Part shown: one piece after another, positions 45,993-59,202 of the stretch
How the letters are laid out: every line of letters begins with the position of its first letter
Numbering within the stretch: the stretch's first letter is position 1
Origin: Mayamaea pseudoterrestris
Taxonomy: Eukaryota
DNA length: 64,000 nucleotides
NCBI GenBank assembly: GCA_027923505.1
Contig: BROI01000018.1
Coordinates: forward strand, 434,001-498,000
Direction of reading: 5' to 3'
Program-made: the position numbers and the translations under genes
Notes under the pieces: generated by a model
What the model was told of the DNA's origin: nothing
The model's database searches: none
Seen by the model: only the letters and a program-made list of their open reading frames with translations

Positions 45993-48059
45993 TTAGAAAT
46001 AGTCTACAGCCTTCTTGCGCTTGCCTTTGGCAATCGGAATGGGTGTGTGCTTGTTCAACAAGATACCCTTTTCCGGCGTCGCAACCTTGTGTGCCTGCGG
46101 TTCATTGTCGCGCAATCCTCGCATACTCGCCGTCCACGACCGGGCTCGATTCAACTCGCCAAACTTGACGCGACGCTTTCCATCGCACTCTGTGTCGGAG
46201 CTAGCCTTGTCATCGTCGAGTTTCTTCGATTTCTTTTTCTTTTCCTCGGACATGGCCTTTTTAGCTAGCTTTTGGTCCTTGAGAGAAATCATAATCTCTT
46301 CCTCCGCTTTAACTGTGGTCTCTTCCTCCGCTTTCACTGGTGCTTCGGGCTGGCGCTCCCCGTCATCTCCGACAGACTTGCGCTTCTTTTTCTTCTTCTT
46401 CTTGGACTTCTTCTCCGATTTCTTTTCATCGACATCATCATCGTGTGAATCGTCAACTGGCGCGCTAGCTACCGCTTCCTTTTCAACCTTAATAGGTAGT
46501 AGCGGAGCCAACTCTTTTGGAGAAGTCGATTCGACCTCCTTGTTCTTCTTTCGCTTCTTTTTCTTGCTAGACTTTGCATGTTCCTCCACCTCCTCGACGA
46601 CCGTGACGACTTTGTCATTCTCATCGAGGTCAGCATCAGTTTCGTCCGATCCAGCCTCAATATCATCAGTATCATCAACCGCATTTAGCTCAACATCTCG
46701 TCCAACCTCTTTTAAGCGACGCATATACTGCTTGTGAACATCGTAAAGCGTCTTGCGATATTTGTCCTTGGTGGTTCCATCGCTTGCAAGCTCAAATATA
46801 AACTGCGCAATGGTTTCAACGTGAACTTGGTCAAATATTGGCACGTCATCGCCTTGCTCCTCGGCAACGAAGCTGTACTTTTTCAAAAACTTGATCAGCA
46901 CCTTTTCAACTGCTCGCTGGTGCAGCGAATCGTCTCCACCTGCTCCCGTTTGTGCTATGGAAAAGTACGGCTCAAGAACGTCCAAAAACGTGGGTTCCGT
47001 CAACGGCATGGGCGCCGAGGCGTTCGCCGCCGCTAGCTCGTCAACGCAAATGTCAATGAAATGGAGTCGCATGCCGTTGGGTGTCTGACTAAGAACTTCA
47101 TCAATGATAACGTCATTGAAGAGTCGAATAATGCCAAGGTTCCAGTGCCGCTGAGCCATGTACTCGTAGACTTGGCGAAGAACCAGTCGCAGCAAAGTGT
47201 AGAACTTGTCAATGCGATACTTGTCCATGTTGCCCCACTCGCGCTGGACCGTCGATAATAGACATTTGAGAAACAAATGGGCCAAATGAGCGCCTCGACG
47301 ATGCGGAACCTCAGATAGGTCAGTCTCGCTAGAAACGCTTTCTTCGTCGTCTTCTTCTACCTCATAGCTGTCATTCCACTCGTCCTCATCGCTAGAGACT
47401 TCATCGTCATCTTTATCCATCTTGTTGTAAACCTCCTGCATGGCAACCTCTTCATCACTAGCATCATCATCATCTTCTTCTTCATCATCGTCGTCATACA
47501 ATGCTTCCTCCTCTTCCTCCATGGCCTCCTGCTGCATGCACATGTCCAAGTATATTTGCGCCGCGTACTCATCCTCCTCCTCGGTGCCAGCGACGCACCA
47601 AATGAGTTTGCTCAAATGATTCGCCAGCTCTTGCTGCACTGGAACTTGATCCGCCATGTAGAGTGTATGCCAAAGACACTTCCAGAGTTTCAGCAACTCG
47701 AGTTGACTCAAGCCAGATGAAACATTGTCATGGTTTCCTCCGCAACGCTGCTTCAGATACGCGCGCAGCTGCAACACCGCTTGATGCCGAATCCTCTGAT
47801 CCGTTCCTCCCAACAATCGTCCAAACTTTTGTACCGGCGAGTCTGGATCGAGCGTAATGGATTTGGTTTTGTCAATGCTGCTTGGATGCAAACCAGCGAC
47901 GCGAAGGTAGTTGGCCGCGCGTGCGTTCGACGACTGAATCTTTGGGGCATTGGCCACCCAAAGGTTCTTGGTGTTGGGCTGCTTGCGCTTGGCGCGCTTG
48001 GTCAATGGCTCCTCTTCTGCTGTCATTGTACTAATAGTAGTATCAGCTGATTTCGTCAT
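45993..48059 (-). CDS. RRP1: Ribosomal RNA processing protein Rrp1/Nop52
   Basis: LLKLWKCLWHTLYMADQVPVQQELA; REWGNMDKYRIDKFYTLLR; NGMRLHFIDI; Lys/Glu-rich tail with RRVKFG. Confidence 0.9.
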   Translation of the reverse strand: MTKSADTTISTMTAEEEPLTKRAKRKQPNTKNLWVANAPKIQSSNARAANYLRVAGLHPSSIDKTKSITLDPDSPVQKFGRLLGGTDQRIRHQAVLQLRAYLKQRCGGNHDNVSSGLSQLELLKLWKCLWHTLYMADQVPVQQELANHLSKLIWCVAGTEEEDEYAAQIYLDMCMQQEAMEEEEEALYDDDDEEEDDDDASDEEVAMQEVYNKMDKDDDEVSSDEDEWNDSYEVEEDDEESVSSETDLSEVPHRRGAHLAHLFLKCLLSTVQREWGNMDKYRIDKFYTLLRLVLRQVYEYMAQRHWNLGIIRLFNDVIIDEVLSQTPNGMRLHFIDICVDELAAANASAPMPLTEPTFLDVLEPYFSIAQTGAGGDDSLHQRAVEKVLIKFLKKYSFVAEEQGDDVPIFDQVHVETIAQFIFELASDGTTKDKYRKTLYDVHKQYMRRLKEVGRDVELNAVDDTDDIEAGSDETDADLDENDKVVTVVEEVEEHAKSSKKKKRKKNKEVESTSPKELAPLLPIKVEKEAVASAPVDDSHDDDVDEKKSEKKSKKKKKKKRKSVGDDGERQPEAPVKAEEETTVKAEEEIMISLKDQKLAKKAMSEEKKKKSKKLDDDKASSDTECDGKRRVKFGELNRARSWTASMRGLRDNEPQAHKVATPEKGILLNKHTPIPIAKGKRKKAVDYF

Positions 48060-48312
48060 GGTGGATTGGATCAAGGCTCGTTGAATGGAACGAGTGAAAT
48101 TGTGAGGCAAACGTTTCGGTGGCTTGAAATAAGTCCCGAGTAAAAAGGAGTCCCCTTTGACGCAGCTGTTCTCGGTGCGACAATGACAGTTTCTGTTCGC
48201 CTCTCCTCATCACAATCGCATGATCGCGCATGGACTTTGATCATCAAGTCTGCAGCCTTGAGTAACATTCAAAAGTCTTCTTCCGTTACGAAATAATTGA
48301 TTATCAAGCAGA

Positions 48313-49468
48313 ATGAATTTGGAATTTCCTTGTCGACGACGAGTCTCACTGCTGCTGCGTTTCTTAGCCTCCGTCACGCTCTCCCAGCACGTTCATTTCT
48401 GCCACGCCATGGCCGTTACGCCAAATCCATCCACCAAAACATCCAACTGCGCCATTGTCGGAGTCGGAGTGCTAGGAACAAATCTTTGTCAGCAGTTACT
48501 GGAGTCAACGGACGCCAAGGTTTGCGACTGGCGCATCACTGGCGTGACGAAATCGACGACTCGTCACGAACAAATTCAAAGCAAGGTTGCCGCGACACTG
48601 CAACATCGACTGCAGTTAACGACCATGAGTGACTTGCTGGACCAGCAAGCGCAGGAGGAAGCAGCAACACGCAAGTTTGACAATGTCGTCTTTTGCGCAC
48701 CGCCCAGCGGATTCGACGACTACGCCGGAGCCGTTCGAGAGGCAGCCGACAAACTATGGAACGGTCGAGGAACCTTTGTCTTTACGTCGAGTGGAGGAGT
48801 GTAAGTTTATGCGTCGTGGATTAAGAATGTACAAAGGTGGCGCAGACTGGAGGAAGGAATGCTTGCGATGGACAGCCACCATTTGCATTTTCCACCATTC
48901 CCTCATAAATTCACTCTTCGTCTTTCCTCATCTTATTCGCAGATACGCCAGCGAACATGGCATTGTCATGGAAACATCACCAACAGCCGATCCAACCACT
49001 AATCCCCGCGTGGCGCGCTTGGTCAACGCCGAAGCGGCAGCGTTGCAGTTTGGTGGTTGCGTGCTGCGACTGGCTGGCTTGTACGATTTGCATCGCGGCG
49101 CACATAACTACTGGTTCACGACGAAGAACGTTATTGCGGGTAACGCGGATGCACTCGTCAATCTACTGCACTATGAGGATGCGGCAAATGCTTGTCTGGC
49201 GGCGCTACTGGCCGATAAGGACCGAGTGGAGAAGCAAGTGTTTTTGTTTAGCGATGGGAATCCCACGACGCGTCGAGGCATTTGCGAGTCGGCGCTCAAG
49301 GCCGCGCCCTATCGAGGAATGCAAATGCCAGCCTTTGGAGACGATGCCGTCAGTAACAATGCCAGGGACAACAAGAGCAAGGTGTACGACGCATCGTGGA
49401 CCAACGCGCAACTGTCGTGGCAACCAAAGTATGAGTCGTTTGACACGTTCATGGCGAGTCATGCATAG
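48313..49468 (+). CDS. Atypical SDR / NAD(P)-binding epimerase-like protein with N-terminal targeting sequence; intron 48801-48942
   Basis: AIVGVGVLG, VVFCAPP, FVFTSSGGV|Y, VLRLAGLY, NLLHYEDAA, LSWQPKYESF. Confidence 0.85.
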
Positions 49469-49663
49469 ATGGAATTGGTGCAGTTGCTTTATAGTAAATA
49501 GATGCTAGTATAATGATGTACAATTGGTTTACGCTCCAGGTGAAGAGTGTAATCTCCGTTTCAATGATGGCTTCTGACCGAACCGAGCCAGAAGGAATGT
49601 TCGCCTTTGCCGCTCGATCCGCACGCAGCAACGCATATATCTATTCTTCGTCGTTTGTATCAT

Positions 49664-49997
<334 letters not shown>

Positions 49998-50295
49998 GTT
50001 TACAGTCTAGTTGCAGTAGCAAGATTGCCAATGAATAGGGATTGTATGACTTGTAAGTGCAAATAGTAAGCAACGACGAGCGACGGATTTGCAGCAGGGC
50101 GCGCCGTCGCGGTGAGGCGCGCCCGTCTGTTCGTCGTCCGCGACAGCCTGAGAGCCAACCAAACGTCTAAAAACGCTTCATCGTTCATCGTTTGGCATTT
50201 CGACGCTGCCCATCTTTCTCTCTACTCTCATATTGCATCGTTTCACCTACAGTCGCTTCATCGCTCGCATTTCACTGTAGCATTGACAAAACATC

Positions 50296-50622
50296 ATGCC
50301 GCAAGGAACAGGAAAACTATCAGGCGCCGCCAACAAGAAATCATCCGTCAGTCAAAAGCGCAGCATCCAAAAAACCAAGACGGTCATCAAGCGCAACAAT
50401 GCCCACTCCAAGCACACCAAGGTGGAAGTTACCAAAGCCATTAACAAGAGGATTCACTCTGAAGTAGCGGCCAAGGCGACGAGTGCCGGTGTCAACTTTA
50501 ACTTTACGGATCTCAAGACCAAGGGCGAGCAAACGGTGCAGCGACAATTGGCCATTCGCAACAAGAAGCAACGAGTCAACAAGCGACGGACGCAGGGACC
50601 GGATGGACAGTATAGTAGGTAG
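50296..50622 (+). CDS. Small basic protein, DUF2462/C19orf53-like
   Basis: MPQG..K start, Lys-rich, TKAINKRIHSEVAAKA helix. Confidence 0.65.
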   Translation: MPQGTGKLSGAANKKSSVSQKRSIQKTKTVIKRNNAHSKHTKVEVTKAINKRIHSEVAAKATSAGVNFNFTDLKTKGEQTVQRQLAIRNKKQRVNKRRTQGPDGQYSR

Positions 50623-51218
50623 ACTTTGTATTGCATATGCAAGTCTACTTGGATTCTGTGGAAAGAAGGCAGTGACTGCTTCGTGTCGAACTTTTTGGCG
50701 CTTGATTGTGACCATGATCGACTCGTCGTTTCAGTTAGCAGTGCATTTGTTAGACGGCATTGCTGCCTGGACTACTGGAATGAAAATGACGGACGGGTGA
50801 TAACTTTAAAGTGCTCCGCTTTTTGACTCTCTCAATGACGAAATACCGGATCACCTGCTGCTGGGCAAAAGAAAAGGGTGGAAGTGCTGCTGATGCTGCT
50901 GCTGCTGTACGATAACTTTTACGTTTGATGTTGATTTTAGATTTCCAACCATGGCATATGGCATACATCAATGACAAGTTTTACGATCGATTTGAATAAA
51001 GATTAATGCTTCGTACGAAAATACGATCAAGCGCATTATATTATGTTGTACGTCGTAAAATACTACTACGGGAGATATCGCATCCGTCGCCGTCCCGACG
51101 CTAATCAAGAGCACTCTATTCTGCAATCCAGGCTCTATGCTTGTCATATAATCATCATTATCACAATCAACAAGTTCGCCGCCGTCTTCGTCGTCTTCGA
51201 AATTCGAAACGACTCAAT

Positions 51219-52491
<1,273 letters not shown>

Positions 52492-53036
52492 GATTGAGTT
52501 TTATTTCTATCCAGACGTAGTGCGATGTAATGGTCAAGAATGGCGCGATGGAGGTGAAATGCTTTTCGCTTCAATGCGCCACGGTTTGGCGGATCAAAGA
52601 TCCATTCAGTACCGAAGCGACATATCAATTTATGACTTTGATTGCGCACATCATCTCTTTCTCTCGTCACATCGCGTCATCACCGTCACCACATAACATC
52701 GTGCTTCCTCCTCATCGTCATACATATATCAATCATCAAGATCACATATCGCATCTTATCCGTCGTCTTCACTCATCACACACACACGCACATCGGCATC
52801 GGCCTCTTCCACCAAGTCGCTCACAAATTGCAAATACTGCTGCAAAGTTGCTGCGATTTAAACGAATTGAAAATAATCTAACCTAATACTTGAACATCAT
52901 GTCACTTACCAAGGAGCAACGTGTAGAGGCGTTTCGCAAGGCGCAAAAGTGGTCGGCCGCTCAACAAGCCTGCAACAAGCATCCGTCGACAACTGCCGTT
53001 GCTTACCAGGCAACTCCTAATGGTCTCAACAGGAAT

Positions 53037-54446
53037 GGTTAAGAAATGTTTATATTTATACTGCTATCCCGTAAACCGTCTCCCCACCCGTAGTGACAAG
53101 CGATAAATAGATTCACAGTGGCGCCGCTGCGCCTCATATTGTGGGCCCCGCCGTCCCAATTATTTGCCTTTGCACTCAGCTCGTCTTTACCCCACACCTA
53201 CCCTAGGTTTAAATGTTGGTCTATGCTCCTGATACTCTTCCGCTTCGTGCTTGTCATGAGAGCCTTTGGCCTGTGTTACTGCTGCTTGTCGTCTTTTGTT
53301 TTGCGTGTTTTGTAGTTTCGTGTGTGTTGTTTGTCGCATTGTCATGCCACCGCCTTGCATGAATCTGGTGGTTTTGCGCTTGCTTCTTTTGCGTTGCTTG
53401 TTTCTCTTGCGTTGCTTGGTTTGCTTGATGCGTTGTCTGGTCTGCTTGTTGCGTTGCTGTACGCTCTTGGTCTTTGTCGCCCATGTGTGGCGTTCTTTCA
53501 AGTTCGTATTCAGTGTCTTGGTGCTGTCTTCGTGTGTCGTTTGTCGGTCGTTGGTATCGTCTTCATGTGTCGTTTGTTGGTCCTTGGTGCTGTCTTCGTG
53601 TGTCTTTTGTCCGTTGTTGGTACCGTCTCCATGTGTTATTCGTCCATTGTTGGTTTCCTCTTTGTGTGTCGTTTGTCTGTCGCCTTTATGTGTCATTTGC
53701 TGGTCTTCATTGCCTCTCTGAATCTTTGTGCTGGCTAATGAGCCTCCAAAGTGAAAATTTTTCTTGCAATATTCGTCCTCGTAGTGGCCGTATGCGTGGT
53801 CATCAAAGTTGTAATCATCGTATAGGTAATCATCGTCGTCGGAATCGTCGTCGTGCGGTGTCTGAAATTTCCCTTCAGCCTGCTTTTCCATTACAAATTC
53901 GTAAAAGGAATCATATTGATCATCCATTATTGTTGGTTCAGGTTTGTTTGTAAGCCACTTGTCATTAACATAATCATATCGATAATTGTCATACATGTGG
54001 TTGTCCAATGTGTCGTCGTCGTCGTCGTCCGTGTCGTTGGCATCGTACGCGCTATCTTCCTCGTCTGCATCGTTGTAGAATTGATACGCTTGGAATCTTT
54101 CTTTGCATGCCTTTTCATTTGTTTCCCTTTGTCGTTCGTTTGCTATTATTATTGCAAGAAGTTGGTCATGCTTGTCGTTGCTGTCGCCGTGACACGGCAT
54201 GCGGAGCAAGTGAATGGTTGTAGCGTCTCCGGCTATTTCTTGTGCATTTTTATTGTTGTAAGTCCCGTTTTTCCTGGCAAGTTCTGCCTCTCCACTATTG
54301 TTTACGTCCTCTGCCATAGTGGCCGTGTCCAGTTGATCCCGCCGGGATTATTTGCTGATCGAGTTTAAGAACTCTCTACGTGAAAAGCTACGTGTATTTA
54401 GTACTGCGGTTGTTAGGGTCCAATTCCAAGTACGATCGTGAAATTG
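53037..54446 (-). mobile_element. 1410-bp insertion with 19-bp target-site duplication, no TIR or LTR
   Basis: TAATGGTCTCAACAGGAAT at 53018-53036 and 54447-54465; host frame is continuous across the empty site. Confidence 0.85.
53187..54317 (-). CDS. 376-aa low-complexity ORF carried by the insertion
   Basis: Intact ORF, A-rich sense strand, D/Y-rich region, ~11-aa TTHEDxTxxxQ repeats, basic tract, ends FKPRVGVG. Confidence 0.65.
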   Translation of the reverse strand: MAEDVNNSGEAELARKNGTYNNKNAQEIAGDATTIHLLRMPCHGDSNDKHDQLLAIIIANERQRETNEKACKERFQAYQFYNDADEEDSAYDANDTDDDDDDTLDNHMYDNYRYDYVNDKWLTNKPEPTIMDDQYDSFYEFVMEKQAEGKFQTPHDDDSDDDDYLYDDYNFDDHAYGHYEDEYCKKNFHFGGSLASTKIQRGNEDQQMTHKGDRQTTHKEETNNGRITHGDGTNNGQKTHEDSTKDQQTTHEDDTNDRQTTHEDSTKTLNTNLKERHTWATKTKSVQQRNKQTRQRIKQTKQRKRNKQRKRSKRKTTRFMQGGGMTMRQTTHTKLQNTQNKRRQAAVTQAKGSHDKHEAEEYQEHRPTFKPRVGVG

Positions 54447-56102
54447 TAATGGTCTCAACAGGAATAAGACGACTAATAAAAGGATGGCGACGAAGCGTTA
54501 CATTGGTGTCTCCGCGTTGTCGAGTTCGCGAGCTGTGGCATATTCTGCTCCAGCAATTTGCATCGAGTAGAAGCAACAGCCAGCCACGACACGAATGGCT
54601 CGCCAGCAGCCAATGGCGCGCGTCGCGTGGCAGGTTGCGACTGCTTTCGAAGATGACGGCTACGAAACTGGCGACTCTGCTTGTAGCTTGCATGACGTAC
54701 GCCTGGCCGGGCCAATGCGAGCTTTACGTGGTGGATTCTTTGCAGGTGTGCTGCAGACAGTCAAGCTTGCGATATGGCGAATTATAATGCTCTTCAAGAT
54801 GATCTTTCTTGCTTGTGCGGCAATCTTGGTCTTGGCCGTGACTGCTAGTGTCGTGATGAGTGAGCCGACGAGTCGATCATCAATGGCGGCGATGGCAAGG
54901 GCGCCGACAAGCCGGCCAGCTTTGACAGCGGCGTAGCCAATCAAGTCGAGCCTTTGGTGGACGATCACCAAGTGGTCGCTCAAGCTAGTTTGGTATGCGT
55001 TTCGTCACAAGACCTCCTACTGCGTGGCCATCGCTGCTGCTGGCCGCCTTCGTCGCTTCTTGAAGACTGCCTATTACTTCCGTCTCGTCTACAACATGTA
55101 CAAGGACGTTACAAGGCCCACTGCAAAGAATCAAACGCAAGTCGTGTCTTCGAATGCGACGAAGGAAGAGCTGAGTCGCATCAAGGGCTACGTTTACTTT
55201 TGCCTCCAAGGTTTTGCTTCCAGTTGGCACAAACCAAACGATCTACGAGACTGCATCAAGACGCAACTTTGTTCTGGCGATGACGAGGCACAGAATCGCT
55301 TCCTGAACGTTCTTTGGCCAATCGTTTGCGACAAAATTGACGGAGGCGGTGATCATCACGTTCGAGTTCGTTCCAAGCCTTGCCAGCTCTGGCGCTGGCA
55401 GTGAGTTGCTTCGTAAATGTCGAGCGGCATTGCTGTCAGCTTTGGGTTATCGTCAAATCATCGACATCGTAAAACATTTGCGTGTGGGAGCTATGTGTGC
55501 TGCATGAGATGGTGCTTGTGTCTGAGGCGTACCTGCGTGAGTTTCGTGTGTGTGACAGAGAGGTGTGTGTCAGTGTCTGATAATCGATGAGGTACATAAT
55601 GATATTATGTACCGTAGTACATACCGGTATCCCTCAATTAAAAAGGTAAAACCAGAGCTCTATGTTATACTAATCTTGGAAATATAATACTGGCTACTAT
55701 GGTGTGTATGGATACACAGTCACCGTATCGTTGCGCATGGCCATTACAATTACCGCTGACCTGCGCTAATCTCTGACAATATAGTTCAAAAGGCCTGCGT
55801 ATGTTATCGGCGCGCTCGAAATGAAGTGATTAATGTACACTGCCTGCCTGAGAGCGTCCGACGATGCAATAGTCTCTCTGAGTCGTTGTTACTAGCTGAA
55901 AGCTATGCGCCATTGAGATCGGACGCAGCATCTAGCACGGATCTCATCAATGGACGCGATGCTTTGCTCCTTGATTCAATATGGGCCAACGAGAGCAAAC
56001 GATACAGATTTCTATTTTGGGTGATATTATACATTCTCAATCTAAGTCGCGCTCATTCCGGGTCGGTCAAGGTACGCCATGCCTTTAAACGCATGTTGGC
56101 AA

Positions 56103-57305
56103 TCATTCGGTGCTCACTTCAAGACGCCCTCTCAAACATGGATCCTTCTTCCAGTCATTCAAGTAGCCTGCAAAGACACTCTTTTCGCTCATGGTGACAC
56201 CTGGCGCGTCCATCAAGTATTGTTTTATCCACTTTGCCGCATTTTTACCATTCGCCAACAACTCGCGTCGCACCAAGCGGTACCTTGGGTCGCAAATGTC
56301 GACATTGACGTGATCGTAAACGTTACTTGCGACTGGATCGATGTCAGGCTTTCCAAGTGGCTGGTGCAGACCAAGAAAGTTGGTCAAGTCGTTGCGAAAG
56401 GTTGCTGATGAATTAGCTAATTGTCGGATTTCATAGACAAAAATTGGATTGGGAACGTCAATATCTGGTCGTTGCCGAAGGCTGCTTTTCCCTAGTAGCT
56501 CTTTATACTTTGTCTCATTCTCATACTGCCTCGTCTTTTGTAGATGAGACAAGTTCACATGAAAGTCTGTGACATCCGTGCAAACCCCTTGGTCTCTCAA
56601 GCCTCCAAGTTCCTCTACCCGCATTATCTTCTCGTGGTCCGTCTTCATGGAGTACATGCAGCGTCCAATGAGCGATTCAGGTGGCGGCATGGTCCAGTTG
56701 CGTGCGACGCGGTAGTTGTAGAATGATTCAAACAGGTCGATCGGATGTCGCAGTCCAATGATGAGTTTGGCCGACGAAAAGTACTTGGCCAAGGATTCGA
56801 CAACAACTGAATGACAAACGTCGCGAGGAGCCTTGTATGCCCGTAATTGATTCTTCGGCTGCGCATGTAAATACTTCACCATTTTTGCAGGTTGTCGTTT
56901 AGTTAAGTAGTGTCGCTCTGCTCCCGTCAAATTGCTGTTTATTTCAGTGTGCGCTCCGAGCCACTGAGCGAGAAAGGTTGTTCCAGTCTTGGGGTGCCCA
57001 ATAATTGCAAAATCAAGTAGAAAACTAACATCAGCAATGATTTTGCTTTCGTTTATTAAGGTTGATAGTGGAGGAAATGATTGTTCTGTGCGGCCTGATG
57101 AAGACGAGTAAATGATGGTGGTGGTCGATCGTGCTACCGATGATGGAAGCTGCTGCTTTATAATTTCTTTGTCATTGAAAAGAAGACAAAGCAGCAAGGT
57201 TGATATGATTAGGATAGATCCGCATAGCGCCCATCGCCCTGAGATGCTACGTTGCTTCGTCATTTGTGGTACTTGTACGAAGTGCAAAGGTGCATTTCTG
57301 GTCAT
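56103..57305 (-). CDS. Type II membrane sulfotransferase-family protein
   Basis: N-terminal TM helix; 5'-PSB-like FAIIGHPKTGTT; 3'-PB-like LIIGLRHPIDLFESFYNY. Confidence 0.85.
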   Translation of the reverse strand: MTRNAPLHFVQVPQMTKQRSISGRWALCGSILIISTLLLCLLFNDKEIIKQQLPSSVARSTTTIIYSSSSGRTEQSFPPLSTLINESKIIADVSFLLDFAIIGHPKTGTTFLAQWLGAHTEINSNLTGAERHYLTKRQPAKMVKYLHAQPKNQLRAYKAPRDVCHSVVVESLAKYFSSAKLIIGLRHPIDLFESFYNYRVARNWTMPPPESLIGRCMYSMKTDHEKIMRVEELGGLRDQGVCTDVTDFHVNLSHLQKTRQYENETKYKELLGKSSLRQRPDIDVPNPIFVYEIRQLANSSATFRNDLTNFLGLHQPLGKPDIDPVASNVYDHVNVDICDPRYRLVRRELLANGKNAAKWIKQYLMDAPGVTMSEKSVFAGYLNDWKKDPCLRGRLEVSTE

Positions 57306-57606
57306 GGTAAAATAACGTCGCCAAAGTTAATGCTTATCGTACCGGTACTGAATGTGTTTTTGAACCGTTGATCCGGCACTCAAAAGTGACTTGCCACGTC
57401 CGTTATTTGCGCCCGTCGGCCTTGGCGATGACATCCACAACTTCGCACTGTCAAAGCGACGATGGACACCACTGCCCTCATTGCTTCAGGTTTACTTGAT
57501 GAGTGAGTTTCAACGCAGCCTGCCGTTGACGTTGTAACAGCTGCAGCAGCATAAACTTGATTGATCTTTTGCGTCGTTGCCGTTTCTCGACGAGCAAACT
57601 TTCGCC

Positions 57607-58554
57607 ATGGAGATTATCCGAACGATGCACGACGACGACCCAACCATGGAAAATGGCGCTACTGAGACACTTTCTCCAGTTGCGTCTCGCAAGCAGCACT
57701 TTGAAACCATTTTCCAAAAGCCTGCTCCATCCTTGACGAGTCCAAGCGTATTCAAGCGCTACGAACCAGGTTCGCTTGTTAAAAAGCGCCACTCGTGGAT
57801 CAAGGATGAAATCATTGACCAAAACCGTACCAAGCCGATTGCCAAACAAGCCTACAAAAGTCCTCTTTTGCGTCGCCTACTGACGCATTCGGGAGAGACG
57901 CAAGAATTTGAAGGACGCGACGAAAAGAATGACGACAAGCTCTCGGAGGCGAGTCGAGAAGAGTGCAACGACAAGGAAGGAGTAGATCAGAGCCCCATGA
58001 AGGATTCGGCTGCGGCCGTTGCCTCGCAATGGACACACAAGAAGTATATGAAAGACGGAGATGAGTTGCAGGAGAGTAGAGGCGAGACCGCGCTTGTGCA
58101 AGGAGCGGGTGACAAATCGCTGAATGCCAGCCACAATTTAACATCGGCAGCAACTCTACAATCCACTTGCATTGAAGGAGTTGAGATCACAGTTTCATCC
58201 AGTTCGAGCAAGGACATGATGGACGCCATTCTAAATGTGAGTGATTTGGAGACAGACGACCGCGGCGAAAATGTTGCGTTCGCGGGGTTTCGCCCCAAGT
58301 TTGGTCGACAAATGGAGCAGGAAAAGCTCAAGGTGGCACAGCGACGACGCACTGCGCTCGAGCAGCAAAATCAAGAAGATCACGTTTCTGATACTACCAC
58401 ATCCAAGCCAGCAATGGTTTCAGCATTGCAAAAGCCTATGCTCGCCAACACGCCGAGCGTTTCCAACGAATACGACGAATTGCATCTTGCCCGCGTCGAC
58501 TCGCAGTCATGCGAGACGCACTGCTTTGACGCGATGCCTTGCAATATACTTTAG
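57607..58554 (+). CDS. Hypothetical disordered protein with C-terminal CaaX motif (CNIL)
   Basis: Open 315-codon frame ending SCETHCFDAMPCNIL*. Confidence 0.6.
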   Translation: MEIIRTMHDDDPTMENGATETLSPVASRKQHFETIFQKPAPSLTSPSVFKRYEPGSLVKKRHSWIKDEIIDQNRTKPIAKQAYKSPLLRRLLTHSGETQEFEGRDEKNDDKLSEASREECNDKEGVDQSPMKDSAAAVASQWTHKKYMKDGDELQESRGETALVQGAGDKSLNASHNLTSAATLQSTCIEGVEITVSSSSSKDMMDAILNVSDLETDDRGENVAFAGFRPKFGRQMEQEKLKVAQRRRTALEQQNQEDHVSDTTTSKPAMVSALQKPMLANTPSVSNEYDELHLARVDSQSCETHCFDAMPCNIL

Positions 58555-59202
58555 TACTTGTACTGCAAATGAAGGCGGCTTGCGTTTTGGGGTTTGGGAT
58601 TCATGGTACAGTATGGTGATAATCTTCGATGTGTTTTAGCTAGGATGACTATTACAATATGCTCCCTAGTCGCCGCAGGTGAACTATTTTATGGAAAGAC
58701 CATGTCTACAAATTTCGATTTTTATTCGATGTTAGTTGCAAGCTACTAAGCTTCATGACTTGCAATCACACCCTAGCTAAAATACCGCCAGCATGGTTTT
58801 GCGCGCGTGCCTACCGTAGTTTAGTGCTTGACTCAAAACCTGGCACACAATCTGTGCAGCAGCGGCGGCAACAACCGTGGAGCTCAGTTTTGAGAGTCAG
58901 CACAAGTAAAGACTTTACTATTTGCAACAATTTTACCCTTATATAGTCTCCATATACTTGGTATATTTATTGGTGGTAAAACGTGGCTGACTAGTAAGTA
59001 ATGCGGTGTTAAAATGGATTGGTTCTTCCCAGTGTGTTGCTGCATTAGTGCTCGGGTTACTAGGTTGGAGCAGCAGTAAAAAAAGAGCCAAGAATAAGTA
59101 GAGAAATTTATATTCTAAATACCTTAATTGATGCATATTACTTACACCTTTTGTAATTTTGTCCGCTTAAGAAGCACATATTTTTCAGAACCTTGTTTGA
59201 TC

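Larger units (their letters stand above)
52899..55404 (+). pseudogene. Disrupted MAN1/Src1-like membrane protein gene
   Basis: Removing 53037-54465 gives one frame of ~358 codons from ATG 52899 to TGA 55404, with in-frame TAG at 54568 and 54934. It has hydrophobic helices and a C-terminus NDLRDCI..LWPIVCDKI..DHHV..LWRW resembling the Man1-Src1 C-terminal domain. Confidence 0.6.

Noticed and set aside
55591..55613. Hairpin GGTACATAAT-GAT-ATTATGTACC as a Helitron 3' end
   Set aside because: AT-rich, no properly spaced CTRR end and no matching 5' end seen
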